Shown here in pieces: positions 1 to 10,549 of a DNA stretch of 20,329 nucleotides. Below the pieces are notes generated by a model. The model worked only from the letters and a program-made list of their open reading frames with translations, made no database searches and had not been told where the DNA came from. The stretch is from an uncultured cyanobacterium (lineage in GTDB: Bacteria; Cyanobacteriota; Cyanobacteriia; Cyanobacteriales; Microcystaceae): contig CAWEDJ010000045.1 of assembly GCA_963807635.1 (NCBI GenBank), positions 1 to 20,329 of the forward strand, read 5' to 3'. Every line of letters starts with the position of its first letter. Within the stretch, counting starts at the first letter, position 1. Position numbers and translations under genes: made by a program.

Positions 1-1652
1 AGAGCTTGCTGAAAAAAGCTGAAAGCCTTATAAGAAAAGAGATGAGGGGATTTAGAGAGCAAAAAAAGTGCAAAAAAAAGGTCTAAAATGAGTGAAAAGG
101 CTTGCACCCCTCCCCTTCCAGAGCATTGAACGATGTACCCCAAAAAAGAATCCGAAAAATCGACTGTTGAAAACTTCAAAATACCAAGTGAGTGGAAGCC
201 AAAAGAAGAAAATCGTTGGGTAATCATGTCAAAAATAATTCCGTGGGAGGAATTTGAAGAAGAATATGCAAAACAATTTTCAGAAAATAAAGGAGCGACA
301 GCCAAACCATTTAGGATGGCATTAGGGTCATTAATAATAAAAGAAATATTGAGAATAAGTGACCGAGAAACAGTAGAACAAATAAAAGAAAACCCTTACT
401 TACAATATTTTATAGGACTAGAAGTATATGAAAATGAGGAGGCATTTGATGCGTCACTGTTAGTACATTTCCGTCAAAGAATAGGAATGGACTTGGTGAA
501 TCAAATAAATAAAGCAATGGTAAAAAAAGAAGAAGAAATATTATCAGAAGTAAAAGAAAAAAGTGAAGGGGAAAATCAGAATAGAGGAAAGCTATTAATA
601 GATGCAACCTGTGCACCAGCAGACATCAAATATCCAACAGATATAGGAATCTTGAATGAGGCAAGAGAAAAAACCGAAAAAATAATAGACAACTTGTATA
701 AAAAAACTAAAAAAAAAGGAAAAAAACCAAGAACCTATAGAATAAGAGCCAGAAAAGATTACTTAAAATTGTCAAAAAAACGCCGTCCGTCGAGAAAAGA
801 AAGGAGAAAGGGCATAAAAAAACAAATCCAATATATCAAAAGAAACCTTTCCCATATAGAAAAATTAAGAGAAGATAAAGAGGTCGCAAAATTAAGTAAA
901 AAAGACGAAAAGATACTGTCGATAATACAAAAAGCCTATGAGCAACAAGTAGGAATGTATGAAAATAAAGAAAATAAGGTAGAAAATAGAATTGTGAGTT
1001 TGACTCAACCTCATGTTCGTCCCATTGTTAGAGGAAAAGCGGGAACGCCAGTAGAGTTTGGTGCAAAACTATCAGCAAGTTATGTGAATGGATATCTTTA
1101 TTTATACCGATTAAGTTGGGATAATTATAATGAATCAGGCGACTTCAAAGGACAAATAGAAGAGTTTAAACGTGAGACAGGCTACTATCCCCAGTCTGTT
1201 CATGCTGATGCAATCTATCGCACAAGGGAAAATCGCGCTTTTTGTAAGGAGAAGGGAATTCGATTGAGTGGCCCACCCTTGGGAAGACGACCCACAAATA
1301 TTAGTCCAGAAAAAAAGAAAGAAGCTCTTCAAGATGAAAGAGACCGTAATGCTATTGAAGGCAAATTTGGTCAAGCAAAGAGACGATTTAGCCTCAATCG
1401 AGTTATGACAAAACTTCCTGATACCTCTGAAACCGCTATTGCTATCACCTTTTTAGTCATCAATCTTTTTGCCCTGCTTCGGCAGGTTTTACGTTTTTTT
1501 TGTCTTTTTCGGAAGAAGAGCTTATTTTTCTGCCCTCTTATTAGCCCAGCTTATGCTTTGTGTTGACAATTCATTTAACCCTTATGTTTTACTCGCCTTA
1601 AATTCATAAATTAATCCCCTCTTCCTGTTTTTTGACTTTTTCAGCAAGCCCT
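1..1652 (+). mobile_element. IS5-family insertion sequence, complete
   Basis: Terminal inverted repeats agagcttgctgaaaaa (1-16) and tttttcagcaagccct (1637-1652) match at 15/16 and enclose a single transposase ORF. The left target duplication falls outside the window; the true ends may be 2..1651 with a TA target. Confidence 0.88.
133..1566 (+). CDS. IS5-family DDE transposase (DUF772-like N-terminus + DDE domain)
   Basis: Intact 477-aa ORF with motifs SDRETVEQIKENPYLQYFIG, LLIDATCAPADIKYPTD, RGKAGTPVEFGAK, HADAIY and RNAIEGKFGQAKRRF. Confidence 0.92.
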   Translation: MYPKKESEKSTVENFKIPSEWKPKEENRWVIMSKIIPWEEFEEEYAKQFSENKGATAKPFRMALGSLIIKEILRISDRETVEQIKENPYLQYFIGLEVYENEEAFDASLLVHFRQRIGMDLVNQINKAMVKKEEEILSEVKEKSEGENQNRGKLLIDATCAPADIKYPTDIGILNEAREKTEKIIDNLYKKTKKKGKKPRTYRIRARKDYLKLSKKRRPSRKERRKGIKKQIQYIKRNLSHIEKLREDKEVAKLSKKDEKILSIIQKAYEQQVGMYENKENKVENRIVSLTQPHVRPIVRGKAGTPVEFGAKLSASYVNGYLYLYRLSWDNYNESGDFKGQIEEFKRETGYYPQSVHADAIYRTRENRAFCKEKGIRLSGPPLGRRPTNISPEKKKEALQDERDRNAIEGKFGQAKRRFSLNRVMTKLPDTSETAIAITFLVINLFALLRQVLRFFCLFRKKSLFFCPLISPAYALC

Positions 1653-1675
1653 AAATAATTAACAGCTTACTAATT

Positions 1676-3369
1676 TTATTTACTAATCATATTATCAATT
1701 TTTTCTTGAATTGCTAATTTAATTAAAGACCGTATTAGAAGTAAGCTAAATAAACCTGCTAATCCAAATCCTGCGATCGCGAATTTAAAATAAATGGTTG
1801 AAAGTAAAATGGTCGCAGAGAGTAACGTAAAACCTGTTAAACAAGCATAAATTAAACTTTTAATAGCTAAGTGAATATTTTTGAGCAAGCGATCGCTCTC
1901 TAGGGAACGAATACGGACTTGTAACTCTCCGCGCTCAATTTTATCTTCTAAATTTTGCAAAAATCGTTCCGTTCGATTAGGTCTTGTTCAGCCTTGGATG
2001 ATCAACGTCTGGGCTTGTTTGACTAACGAACTCCATAACGTTCCTGTCTTCTTATCCACCGCGACACTTTGAATAAAAGGTTGACTAGCAGCAATCAAAT
2101 TATACTGGGGATCGAGAGCGCGGGCAATTCCATCAAGGGTCATAATCGATTTGAGAATAAAAGTCATCTGGGGCGGCAAGCGAAAAGGTTGTTGTTGAAA
2201 CATCAGATAAACTTCATCACTAATTTGCTCAAAGGCCCTCACATCTACGGGTTTTTCCCGAAAGTTATCCAATAGAAAAATCACAATTCGTTTGACCGAT
2301 CGCAGGTCTCCCTTTGATTCCACTAAACCCATGTAAATTAACGTTTCTAAGACCTTATCCACATCTTTTTGGAGGATAGCAAAAAAAGTCTGAATCATTT
2401 GATCTTTGGCAATGGTTTTGACCTCAGCCATCGTGCCAAAATCATAAAAAATCAATTCCCCTTCGAGATTCACCGCCATATTTCCAGGATGGGGATCGGA
2501 CTGGAAAAAACCATCCAATAATAATTGTTTAAGATAAGCACAAATTCCCTTTTCAATAACCTTATCTAAATTAATGCCTTCCGCCGCTAAACTCGCTCGA
2601 TCATCAACTTTAATGCCTGGTAAATATTCCAGGGTGAGAACTTTTTGGGTAGTATAATCCCAATGAATACTCGGAATTTTTACGCCTGGATAGTCCTGAA
2701 AATTTCTTCTAAAACGATCTGCATTTTTCCCTTCATTGATATAGTCAATTTCCTGAAACAGTAACGCAAAAAATTCTTGATAAATCGCTTCAACTTCGTA
2801 TTTCTGAGTGGCTTTTTTAAATCCTGGTAGCCAACGTTTGCCGAAACGAATTAATTGACGTAGAACTTCAAAATCTAATGTTAATAATTTTTCTAACCCA
2901 GGTCGTTGCACCTTCACAACCACTTCTTCCCCACTATGGAGGGTTGCCCGATGTACCTGACCTAAACTCGCCGAAGCCAAGGGAATCATCTCAAAACTCT
3001 GGAACAAATCCTTAACCGATCGCTGAAATTCCTGTTCGATTACCGCGATCGCCTCCTGGAAGAAAAGGGCGGAACCCGATCCTGGAGTTGACTCAACGCT
3101 TGGATATATTCGGCGGGAATAAGATCGGCACGGGTCGAGAGCGATTGACCAATTTTAATAAAGGTCGGGCCGAGATCTAATAAATGATTAACGAGCCATT
3201 GAGCGCGACGTTGACGCTGAGAAGAAGTCAAATTCTGGACAGATTTATCCCAAATCAGAAAAAATGAAAAATTAACAGCTATCTTGAAAATTTCTAGCTG
3301 TCGTCGCAGGGGAGAAGACTGAGCGCGTTGCCAACGAAACAATTGGGTAGGAATTTGCTTAATCAGCAT
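1676..3369 (-). CDS. ABC1/AarF/UbiB-family atypical protein kinase; split by one frameshift (~3058) and one in-frame TGA (1988-1990)
   Basis: Three consecutive ORFs give [48 protein letters not shown] and two C-terminal hydrophobic helices. Restoring one C (tccag to tcccag) joins the first two ORFs. Confidence 0.9.
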
Positions 3370-4761
3370 GAGAAATGGACGTAGCCATTAAACCAAGGGG
3401 AAAAGTCAACGTAAAAGTCATTAAACAATAGTCAACATCCTCTGTGGGGTCACAGGTCACTGCTATCCTACCATCAAGCTGTTCCACTAATTCCTTGATA
3501 ATACAAAGACCTAATCCTATCCCCGCGATCGCATTATCAATGACCCACTGCTCTCGGTAGAAAGGATCAAAGAAATAGGCTAGATTTTTAGAGTCAATCG
3601 AAGGCGTTAGATTGCTCAATTGCAGAAGAATAACTGGCCTCCCTTTCTTCTGGGTCTCCCTGATTTTTAGGGTAATATCCGTATTTTTTAAGGCAAATTT
3701 TTGGGCATTAGTGAATAATTCGTCACAAATTTGTTGTAAATAATTAATATCCGCATCAAAAAACAAAGTTTTTTTGGGTAAATCTGTCTTAACGACTATT
3801 TTTTTCGAGTATTCAGCCCACTTAATTTCATAATTTGCAACTAACCGTTGAATAAAATCAGTGAGGTTTATCTTCTGTACCTGGAGAGTCGTTTTATTAA
3901 ATTTAGAGGTTTTTAATTGGAGTATCTTTTCATTAATTTCGTTTAACTTGCGCCATTCTTGCTCTAGGATATCTAATCTTTGCTGGAGCTTTTCGGGAGA
4001 AGGGGGATTTCTCCGCAACATCTCAATCCCCATCCGAATCGTTGCTAGGGGATTTCGGGTTTGGTCACTCATAATGGTGACGATATTATGAATGAGTTGA
4101 TCATGACTAGAACGTTGTTGTTCTAACTTTTGGCGAGTGGCTTCATACCAAGCTTTGAGGATAGGACTTTCATCCGACGGCACGGCTCGGTTCAGGTTGT
4201 TGCTCTTCACCGTTTCTGTTGCGTTCTGGGGAAGAACGGGGAGGGTCTGGAAAAAATGATTCGCGATCGCCAAACTATCAGCAATCTCAACCAATTGGGT
4301 CTCTTGCAGAGAATAATCCTTTTCATCCTGGGACGAACCAACAATCACCATACCATTCACCCTGTTTTGAAACACAATACGCAACCCCAAACCCGATCGC
4401 ATCACCAGATCCTTCGTTATTTGAAAAGCTTGTCGAGAATTCGTGTTGGAGGTCAATAATAGAGGATACTCCTGATCTTGAACCGCTTTCAGCCAAGAAT
4501 GTTTCAAAACAGGAGAATTTGCTCCCAATAGAATTTTTTGCGATGGTGTTCCAGCTTACTCCCTGCAAGGACGACTCACCTACCGCACCAACCAACAAAA
4601 TGCAAATATCAACATCTAAGGACAGCCCAATCATCTCTGGCCATGGCAGGGAGCATTTGCCGGGACTCCGTATGATTGCCAATTAGGTGAATCAGGCGTT
4701 GCCCTAATAACATTTGCGAGATGGGTGGAAAAGTGAGAAAACGATTGGGAGTAATAACCAT
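3359..4761 (-). CDS. Sensor histidine kinase-like protein (GAF-like N-terminus, HisKA-like helix, HATPase_c); two apparent frameshifts near ~4640 and ~4540
   Basis: HisKA-like [20 protein letters not shown] box [10 protein letters not shown] box FFDPFYR and G2 box GIGLGL. Upstream frames (MVITPNRF..., [16 protein letters not shown]) extend the gene to an ATG at 4761; that start is inferred. Confidence 0.78.
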
Positions 4762-5304
4762 AGAATACCCAGCATTACCTAAAAGAATGACTATTAACCC
4801 TAGGCCAAGATATGCTCACGGCAATCCACGTCAGCAGCAACTATCAGAAAATGGGGCATCGGGTCAACCTAATTCCCTAATGATGAATGTTTTACCGCTC
4901 AGTTCCCAAGGGAATAATTACTGATTTTATGAAAATTAACAATTTATCAATACTGAGAATGTCATAAGTTTTTTGAAAAACCAGACTTTATTCGAGAGAC
5001 CGTTTTTGATCAGAAGACGTGATCATGGGTTTCCTAGAAAAGATTATAAATTAGTATTTTGGGTAGATTAATCACTCATAAAACCCAAAAAAGCCTGATT
5101 TAGAAGTTGAGTTAAGGCAATGAACTCAGATAATCAAGCTTTTTTCTATAAAAAGTCAAGCAGGATTGGTTCAGCGATCGCCGAGTCCTTCCAGCTAAAA
5201 ACCCTAGTGGTACTTACAACATCTTACTTAAGTAATAAGGTATGGGGAGATACCTTGGATTTTTTCTACCTAGATAGGCAAGTATCTAATTTCAAGACAG
5301 ACAA

Positions 5305-6812
5305 TTAAATCCCTATATTGACCGCAATCCGATGGCCACAGGCAAATCCTGAAAAACGCCACCGCATTTAATCCCTGCCCAGGAAACGTGCTATCTCCCA
5401 CACAATACAGCCCCGAAATCGCGGTTCGATTAAAAGGCATTCCTAATAAACCCGCTAATTTACGCTGGGGAATGGGGCCATAGGTTCCATCCTGACGACC
5501 AAGAAAACGACGGTGAGTGCGGGGAGTCCCGACTTCTTGATAATCTAAAGCCCTATCAAGTCCTGGAAAAATAACTTCTAGGCGATCGATTAACTTTTCA
5601 GCCGCCGTCTTCTTTTTTCGCTTCATAATCCTGGGGAGAAAGGTTTTGCCATTCTTCTAGCCAGCTAGGGGTAAAGGCATGGATGATGTGATGACCTGCG
5701 GGCGCGAGGTCGGGATCAAGCAGGGTCGGAATGGAAACAAAAAGCGTTCCCTGTTCCTTTTCCATATTTGCCCAATCTTCTAATAAGATATGATGACATT
5801 CGGTTCCCAGGGGTAAAACCTCGGCCTTGACTCCTAAATGTAAACTCAGAAAACTAGGGGATTTTTGGTAACGTTGTTGCCAGCGTTTTTCCTTGGTAGG
5901 CATGGCTTCGGCGGGTAATAATTTGTCAAAGGTATCCCAACGGGTCGCATTAGAAACAATCCGTTTAGCGAAATATTGCTCTCCATTCGTCAATTCCACC
6001 CCAATCGCCTTCCCTTTTTCCAACAAAATTTGCTGAACTTTGGATTTATAGCGAATCTCGCCCCCTTTTTTTTCTAAACCTTCCACTAATTTTTGGGCAA
6101 TTTGACCCACGCCGCCCTTGGGATAATTGATGCCTCCATAATGGCGATCAGAGAAAACCATCCCCGCATTAATCATCGGCGTTAGATCCGCAGGAACCAC
6201 TGACCAACAGTAGCATTCCATGTCAATAAACTTGAGTAATTCAGGATCTTGGATATAACGTCGGGCAATATCCCCCGCATTTTGGGGTAAATATTTGACT
6301 AACCCTAAACAGGCTCCAGGATGTTGGAAGAAAACCCGCATCAAATAACCCAATTCTTCCAGGGACAATAACTCCATTGCATTGAGGCAATTAAACACTT
6401 GCCAACATTCATCATAAAAACGACGAATTCCCACCTTCTCTTGGGGAAAACGGGTAATTAATTCCTGCAAAAACTTTTCATAATCTCGATGAACTTTAAT
6501 CTCTAGATCCTGGGGTAAATGGTAATGAATCTGCACAGGATCGGGTAGGGTTTCTAGTTCCATGTCCACCGCAGCCAAGGCACGGGTCAATAAATTGGTC
6601 GTTCCCTTTTCCCCAAAACCAAAAATCATCGAAGCTCCCACATCAAAGTGATAGCCTTCCCGTTCAAAATAGCCCGAACTTCCCCCAGGAATGAGATAGC
6701 TTTCTAAAATAAGAACCTTTGCACCTTTGGCCGCCAGTTGAGTCGCGGTGACTAATCCCCCAATACCCGAACCGATCACAATGACATCGTAGTTTGGCTT
6801 GTTGACCATCAC
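5305..6812 (-). CDS. crtH: Carotenoid cis-trans isomerase CrtH (prolycopene isomerase); two apparent +1 frameshifts (~5612, ~5354)
   Basis: FAD-binding [50 protein letters not shown] and [16 protein letters not shown]. The frame-corrected end reads [15 protein letters not shown] with its stop at 5305. Confidence 0.92.
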
Positions 6813-6986
6813 CCCGTTATTACCCCAATAATTGTTTCCTAACCCTTTATTTTAAGGCAAAAAAAGAGCGTTATTTAATTATTTTGATTGTATGGTCAAT
6901 ATTTTGATGCTTAAGATTACTCCGCCTGGCTGACCGATCAATAAAGCGTGTAAGGTATTAAATAGAGGGCAATTTATCTAGGAGCC

Positions 6987-8080
6987 ATGAACGCAACAAA
7001 CGACATTTTAATTATTGGGGGCGGGATTATTGGCTGGCGATCGCCGTTGAATTGAGACAAAGGGGTGCGAGCGTTACCGTACTAAGTCGAGATTTTCAGG
7101 AAGCGGCCAGTCATGCGGCGGCGGGAATGTTGGCTCCCTACGCTGAACAAATTCCTGCTGGCTCCATGCTAGAACTGTGTACGCGATCGCGGCAAATGTA
7201 TGCAGATTGGACGGGCAAACTAGAAAATTTAACAGGATTAGCAACGGGTTATAACCCCTGCGGTATTTTGTCGCCCGTCTTTGAACTGCCCGATAATCCT
7301 ACCCCCCTTGCCCCCACTTCAAGCTGGCTGAATCAAACCGAAATCCATGCCTTTCAACCAGGCTTAAATCCCGACATTCTCGGCGGATGGTGGCATCCCG
7401 AAGATGGCCAGGTTGATAATCAAAAATTAGTCCATACCCTACGGCAAGGGGCGAAAATCTTAGGCGTAAATCTCCAAGGAAGGGGCGGTAGTTCAATCTA
7501 TTATTCAAAAATCAGGTAAAATTGACAAGATTTTAACCCAAAATCAAGACTATCAAGCTCAAACCTATGTTTTAGCCACAGGTTCCTGGTCATCTGAATT
7601 AATGCCCCTACCAGTCCGCCCTGTCAAGGGTCAAATGTTAGCCCTACGAATGCCCACTCCCCAAAGCTTGGAACGAGTCCTATTTGGCCGAATACCTATC
7701 TAGTCCCCCGAAAAAATGGCCGTCTCATTATCGGCGCAACCTCAGAAGAAGTCGGTTGGACTCCCCACAATACACCCCAGGGAATTAACGCTCTCTTGCA
7801 AAGGGCAATGGGACTGTACTTGCCGATCGCAGATTGGACGATTGAAGATTTTTGGTGGGGATTTCGGCCAGGCACAACGGATGAATTCCCCATTTTAGTG
7901 CCGAGTGGCTATGATAATCTAGTTTTGGCGACGGGTCATTATCGCAATGGTATTTTATTAGCTCCCATTACCGCGACCCTCATTGCGGATCTGATTACCC
8001 ATCAAGTGACCGATCCTTTGTTAACCTCTTTTAACAGCGATCGCTTTTTCCAAAAATCCGACTTTTCCCCAAAATCATGA
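6987..8080 (+). CDS. thiO: Glycine oxidase ThiO (likely N-terminal domain of a ThiO-ThiG fusion); apparent frameshifts at ~7033, ~7478 and ~7690
   Basis: ATG at 6987 after GGAG. Motifs across the frames: [51 protein letters not shown] and [14 protein letters not shown]. Confidence 0.88.
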
Positions 8081-8921
8081 CGACTATCGGTCTTTCTTCC
8101 CCTAAAAATATTGTGAATACTGCCTCTGACGCGAACGACGATCTGATTATCGCTGGAAAGAAATTTCAATCTCGGTTGCTGACGGGTACGGGTAAATATC
8201 CCTCGATCGCTGTGATGCAAGACAGTATCAGCGCGAGTGGTTGTCAAATTGTGACCGTTGCCGTCCGTCGAGTCCAGACCAACGCTCCTGGCCATGAAGG
8301 ATTAGCAGAGGCGATCGCCTGGTCAAAAATCTGGATGTTACCCAACACCGCAGGCTGTCAAACCGCAGAAGAAGCCATTCGGGTCGCCCGTTTAGGCCGA
8401 GAAATGGCCAAATTATTAGGACAAGAAGATAATAATTTCGTCAAATTAGAAGTGATTCCCGATAGTAAATATCTGTTACCCGACCCCATCGGAACCCTAG
8501 AGGCGGCTGAAAAATTGGTTAAAGAAGGATTTGCCGTACTGCCCTATATCAACGCCGATCCGCTTTTAGCCAAACGCCTAGAAGAAGTCGGTTGTGTGAC
8601 CGTTATGCCCCTGGGTCTCCCATCGGTTCGGGTCAAGGAATTCGCAATGCGGCTAATATCGGCATTATTATCGAAGAAGCGAAGGTTCCCGTCGTGGTGG
8701 ATGCAGGGATTGGGACTCCGAGTGAAGCCGCTCAAGCAATGGAAATGGGAGCCGATGCAGTTTTAATTAATAGCGCGATCGCCTTAGCCCATAATCCTGT
8801 CGCCATGGCCCAGGCTATGGGAATGGCCGCGATCGCAGGACGTTTAGCCTATCAGTCAGGTCGGATGCCGATTAAAGCCTATGCCAGTGCGAGTTCACCC
8901 TTAACAGGAATCATTAAATAA
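8077..8921 (+). CDS. thiG: Thiazole synthase ThiG; one apparent frameshift at ~8615
   Basis: [46 protein letters not shown] (after correction), VDAGIGTPS and ASASSP. Confidence 0.93.
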
Positions 8922-8943
8922 GTCAATTTCTCTTAATTTTTGT

Positions 8944-10469
8944 CAGCAATTCCAAATTCAAATGGTATAAACAAAAACAGAATGGTATTCGCATTTAGGG
9001 GTCTATGAACAAGAAGAGAAACTTTTGCTGGTTTTGTAGAGTGTGAAATGAAAGTAACCGACCTAAGTTTTGATGGAATCATGGAGTGTTTAAACGAGGT
9101 TATCGCAAAAATAGATGACCCGCGCTCAGCGAGTAACGCAACGAAATATAGTCTAAGAGAGGCGATATTGGGTGCATTTGCCGCCTTTTTTACGCAAAAT
9201 GAGTCATTTTTAGAGTACCAACGTCAACTCAACAGTCGTTGTGGGCGAGATAATGCTCAAAGTTTGTTTGGACTAAACAAAATACCGACAGTAGAGCAGA
9301 TTCGTAATATTGTGGATGGGATAACAGCGAGCAGTCTATTCCCATTGTTTGGGTTGATTTACCAAGCATTGAGAAACATGGGATTCCTAAAATCTTATGA
9401 GATATTGGGGGGAAATCTATTAGTGGCGATGGATGGAACAAATTATCACAGTTCAGGGAAAGTCAATTGTCCATGCTGTTCAACCAAAACGTCAAAACAG
9501 GGAAAAGTCACCTACTTTCATCAAGCATTATTACCAGTGATTGTTTCCCCAGACCATGAATCAGTTTTCTCCTTAGCTCCTGAATTTATCACTCCTCAAG
9601 ACGGGTCGGAAAAACAGGATTGCGAGCAAAATGCGGCAAAACGCTGGATAAGTAATCATGCCAGTTTGTTTGCATGGCAGAAGATAACGCTACTAGGGGA
9701 TGACTTGTTCAGTCGTCAGCCGACTTGTCAGCATAGTCTAGACCACGACTTCAACTTTATCTTCGTCTGTTTGCCGACTTCTCATCCCACACTTTATGAG
9801 TGGTTAGCCTATTTAGAAGCCAACGGGGAACTCAAAACTACTCAACACCGACGCTGGAATGGGAAGTATTTTGAGATTTGGCAATGTCGTTATCTCAATC
9901 AAATCCCCCTGCGAGAGCAACAGCCTGCTTTGTTGGTTAACTGGTGTGAACTAAAAGTCTACCGCGAATCCGATGCTCAACTCCTCCATCACAATAGTTG
10001 GATTACCAACCATTTTCTCACCCCTCAAGTCGTTCTTGATGTCTGTCGTGCTGGACGGACTCGTTGGCGCACGGAGAATGAGAATCACAATATTCTCAAA
10101 AATCGGGGCTATCATTTAGAACATAATTTTGGGCATGGAAAACAACACCTTGCCTCCGTTTTGCTCACTCTCAATCTACTGGCTTTTCTCTTCCACACGG
10201 TTTTGGGTTTGGTTGATGAACGTTACCAGAGGATTCGCGTCCAACGCTGTACTCGTAAGGGATTCTTCCAAGACTTTCTTTCTTTAACCAAATATTTACT
10301 CTTTGAAAGCTGGCATCATCTTTTAGATTTTATGCTTGATGACCCCCTTTCTCCTGCTGCTTCCAATTCTTCTTAATTTCTTACTTGGAAATCTTCAAGG
10401 TAAAACCCTTGCCAGTAAAAAGCTTGAGTTTTTTTTGTCTTTAGCTACATTCTGAATTTGGAATTGCTG
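8944..10469 (+). mobile_element. ISNCY-type (ISAs1/H-repeat-like DDE) insertion sequence, complete, with 9-bp target site duplication
   Basis: Perfect 17-bp inverted repeats cagcaattccaaattca (8944-8960) and tgaatttggaattgctg (10453-10469). Direct repeat aatttttgt at 8935-8943 and 10470-10478. Confidence 0.93.
9048..10376 (+). CDS. DDE transposase (ISNCY family)
   Basis: Intact 442-aa ORF with DPR...KYS, VAMDGT, CPCC, KQDCEQNAAKRW, LLGDDLF and RWRTENENHNILKNRGYHLEHNFGHG. Confidence 0.88.
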   Translation: MKVTDLSFDGIMECLNEVIAKIDDPRSASNATKYSLREAILGAFAAFFTQNESFLEYQRQLNSRCGRDNAQSLFGLNKIPTVEQIRNIVDGITASSLFPLFGLIYQALRNMGFLKSYEILGGNLLVAMDGTNYHSSGKVNCPCCSTKTSKQGKVTYFHQALLPVIVSPDHESVFSLAPEFITPQDGSEKQDCEQNAAKRWISNHASLFAWQKITLLGDDLFSRQPTCQHSLDHDFNFIFVCLPTSHPTLYEWLAYLEANGELKTTQHRRWNGKYFEIWQCRYLNQIPLREQQPALLVNWCELKVYRESDAQLLHHNSWITNHFLTPQVVLDVCRAGRTRWRTENENHNILKNRGYHLEHNFGHGKQHLASVLLTLNLLAFLFHTVLGLVDERYQRIRVQRCTRKGFFQDFLSLTKYLLFESWHHLLDFMLDDPLSPAASNSS

Positions 10470-10549
10470 AATTTTTGTCGGGCTATTTTGTGATGGGCGT
10501 CTTGTTGATTGGCTAGGGCTAACCAAAATCCTGTATCAGTGATGATCAT
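10470..10549 (-). pseudogene. vapC: VapC/PIN toxin, N-terminal remnant interrupted by the IS
   Basis: MIITDTGFWLALANQQDAHHKIARQK is a typical PIN start. Its ATG at 10549 overlaps the upstream antitoxin stop, and the frame runs into the IS right end. Confidence 0.8.

Noticed and set aside
410..1374. Short minus-strand ORFs 410-616 and 1135-1374
   Set aside because: Antisense shadows of the A-rich transposase with no recognisable motifs.
3861..4924. Plus-strand ORFs 3861-4091, 4130-4459, 4219-4686 and 4721-4924
   Set aside because: They lie antisense to the sensor kinase or its upstream region and show no protein-family signal.
4762..5304. Possible ncRNA or small gene (ORF 5120-5308) in the 540-bp intergenic gap
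   Set aside because: No convincing stem-loop, ribosome-binding site or recognisable peptide.
6813..6986. TPP riboswitch upstream of thiO
   Set aside because: No CTGAGA core or matching stems are present. The region is a short AT-rich divergent promoter.
6987..8921. Programmed frameshifting or phase variation in thiO/thiG (also considered for crtH)
   Set aside because: The shifts are numerous, go in both directions and fall in short runs, which sequencing error explains better.
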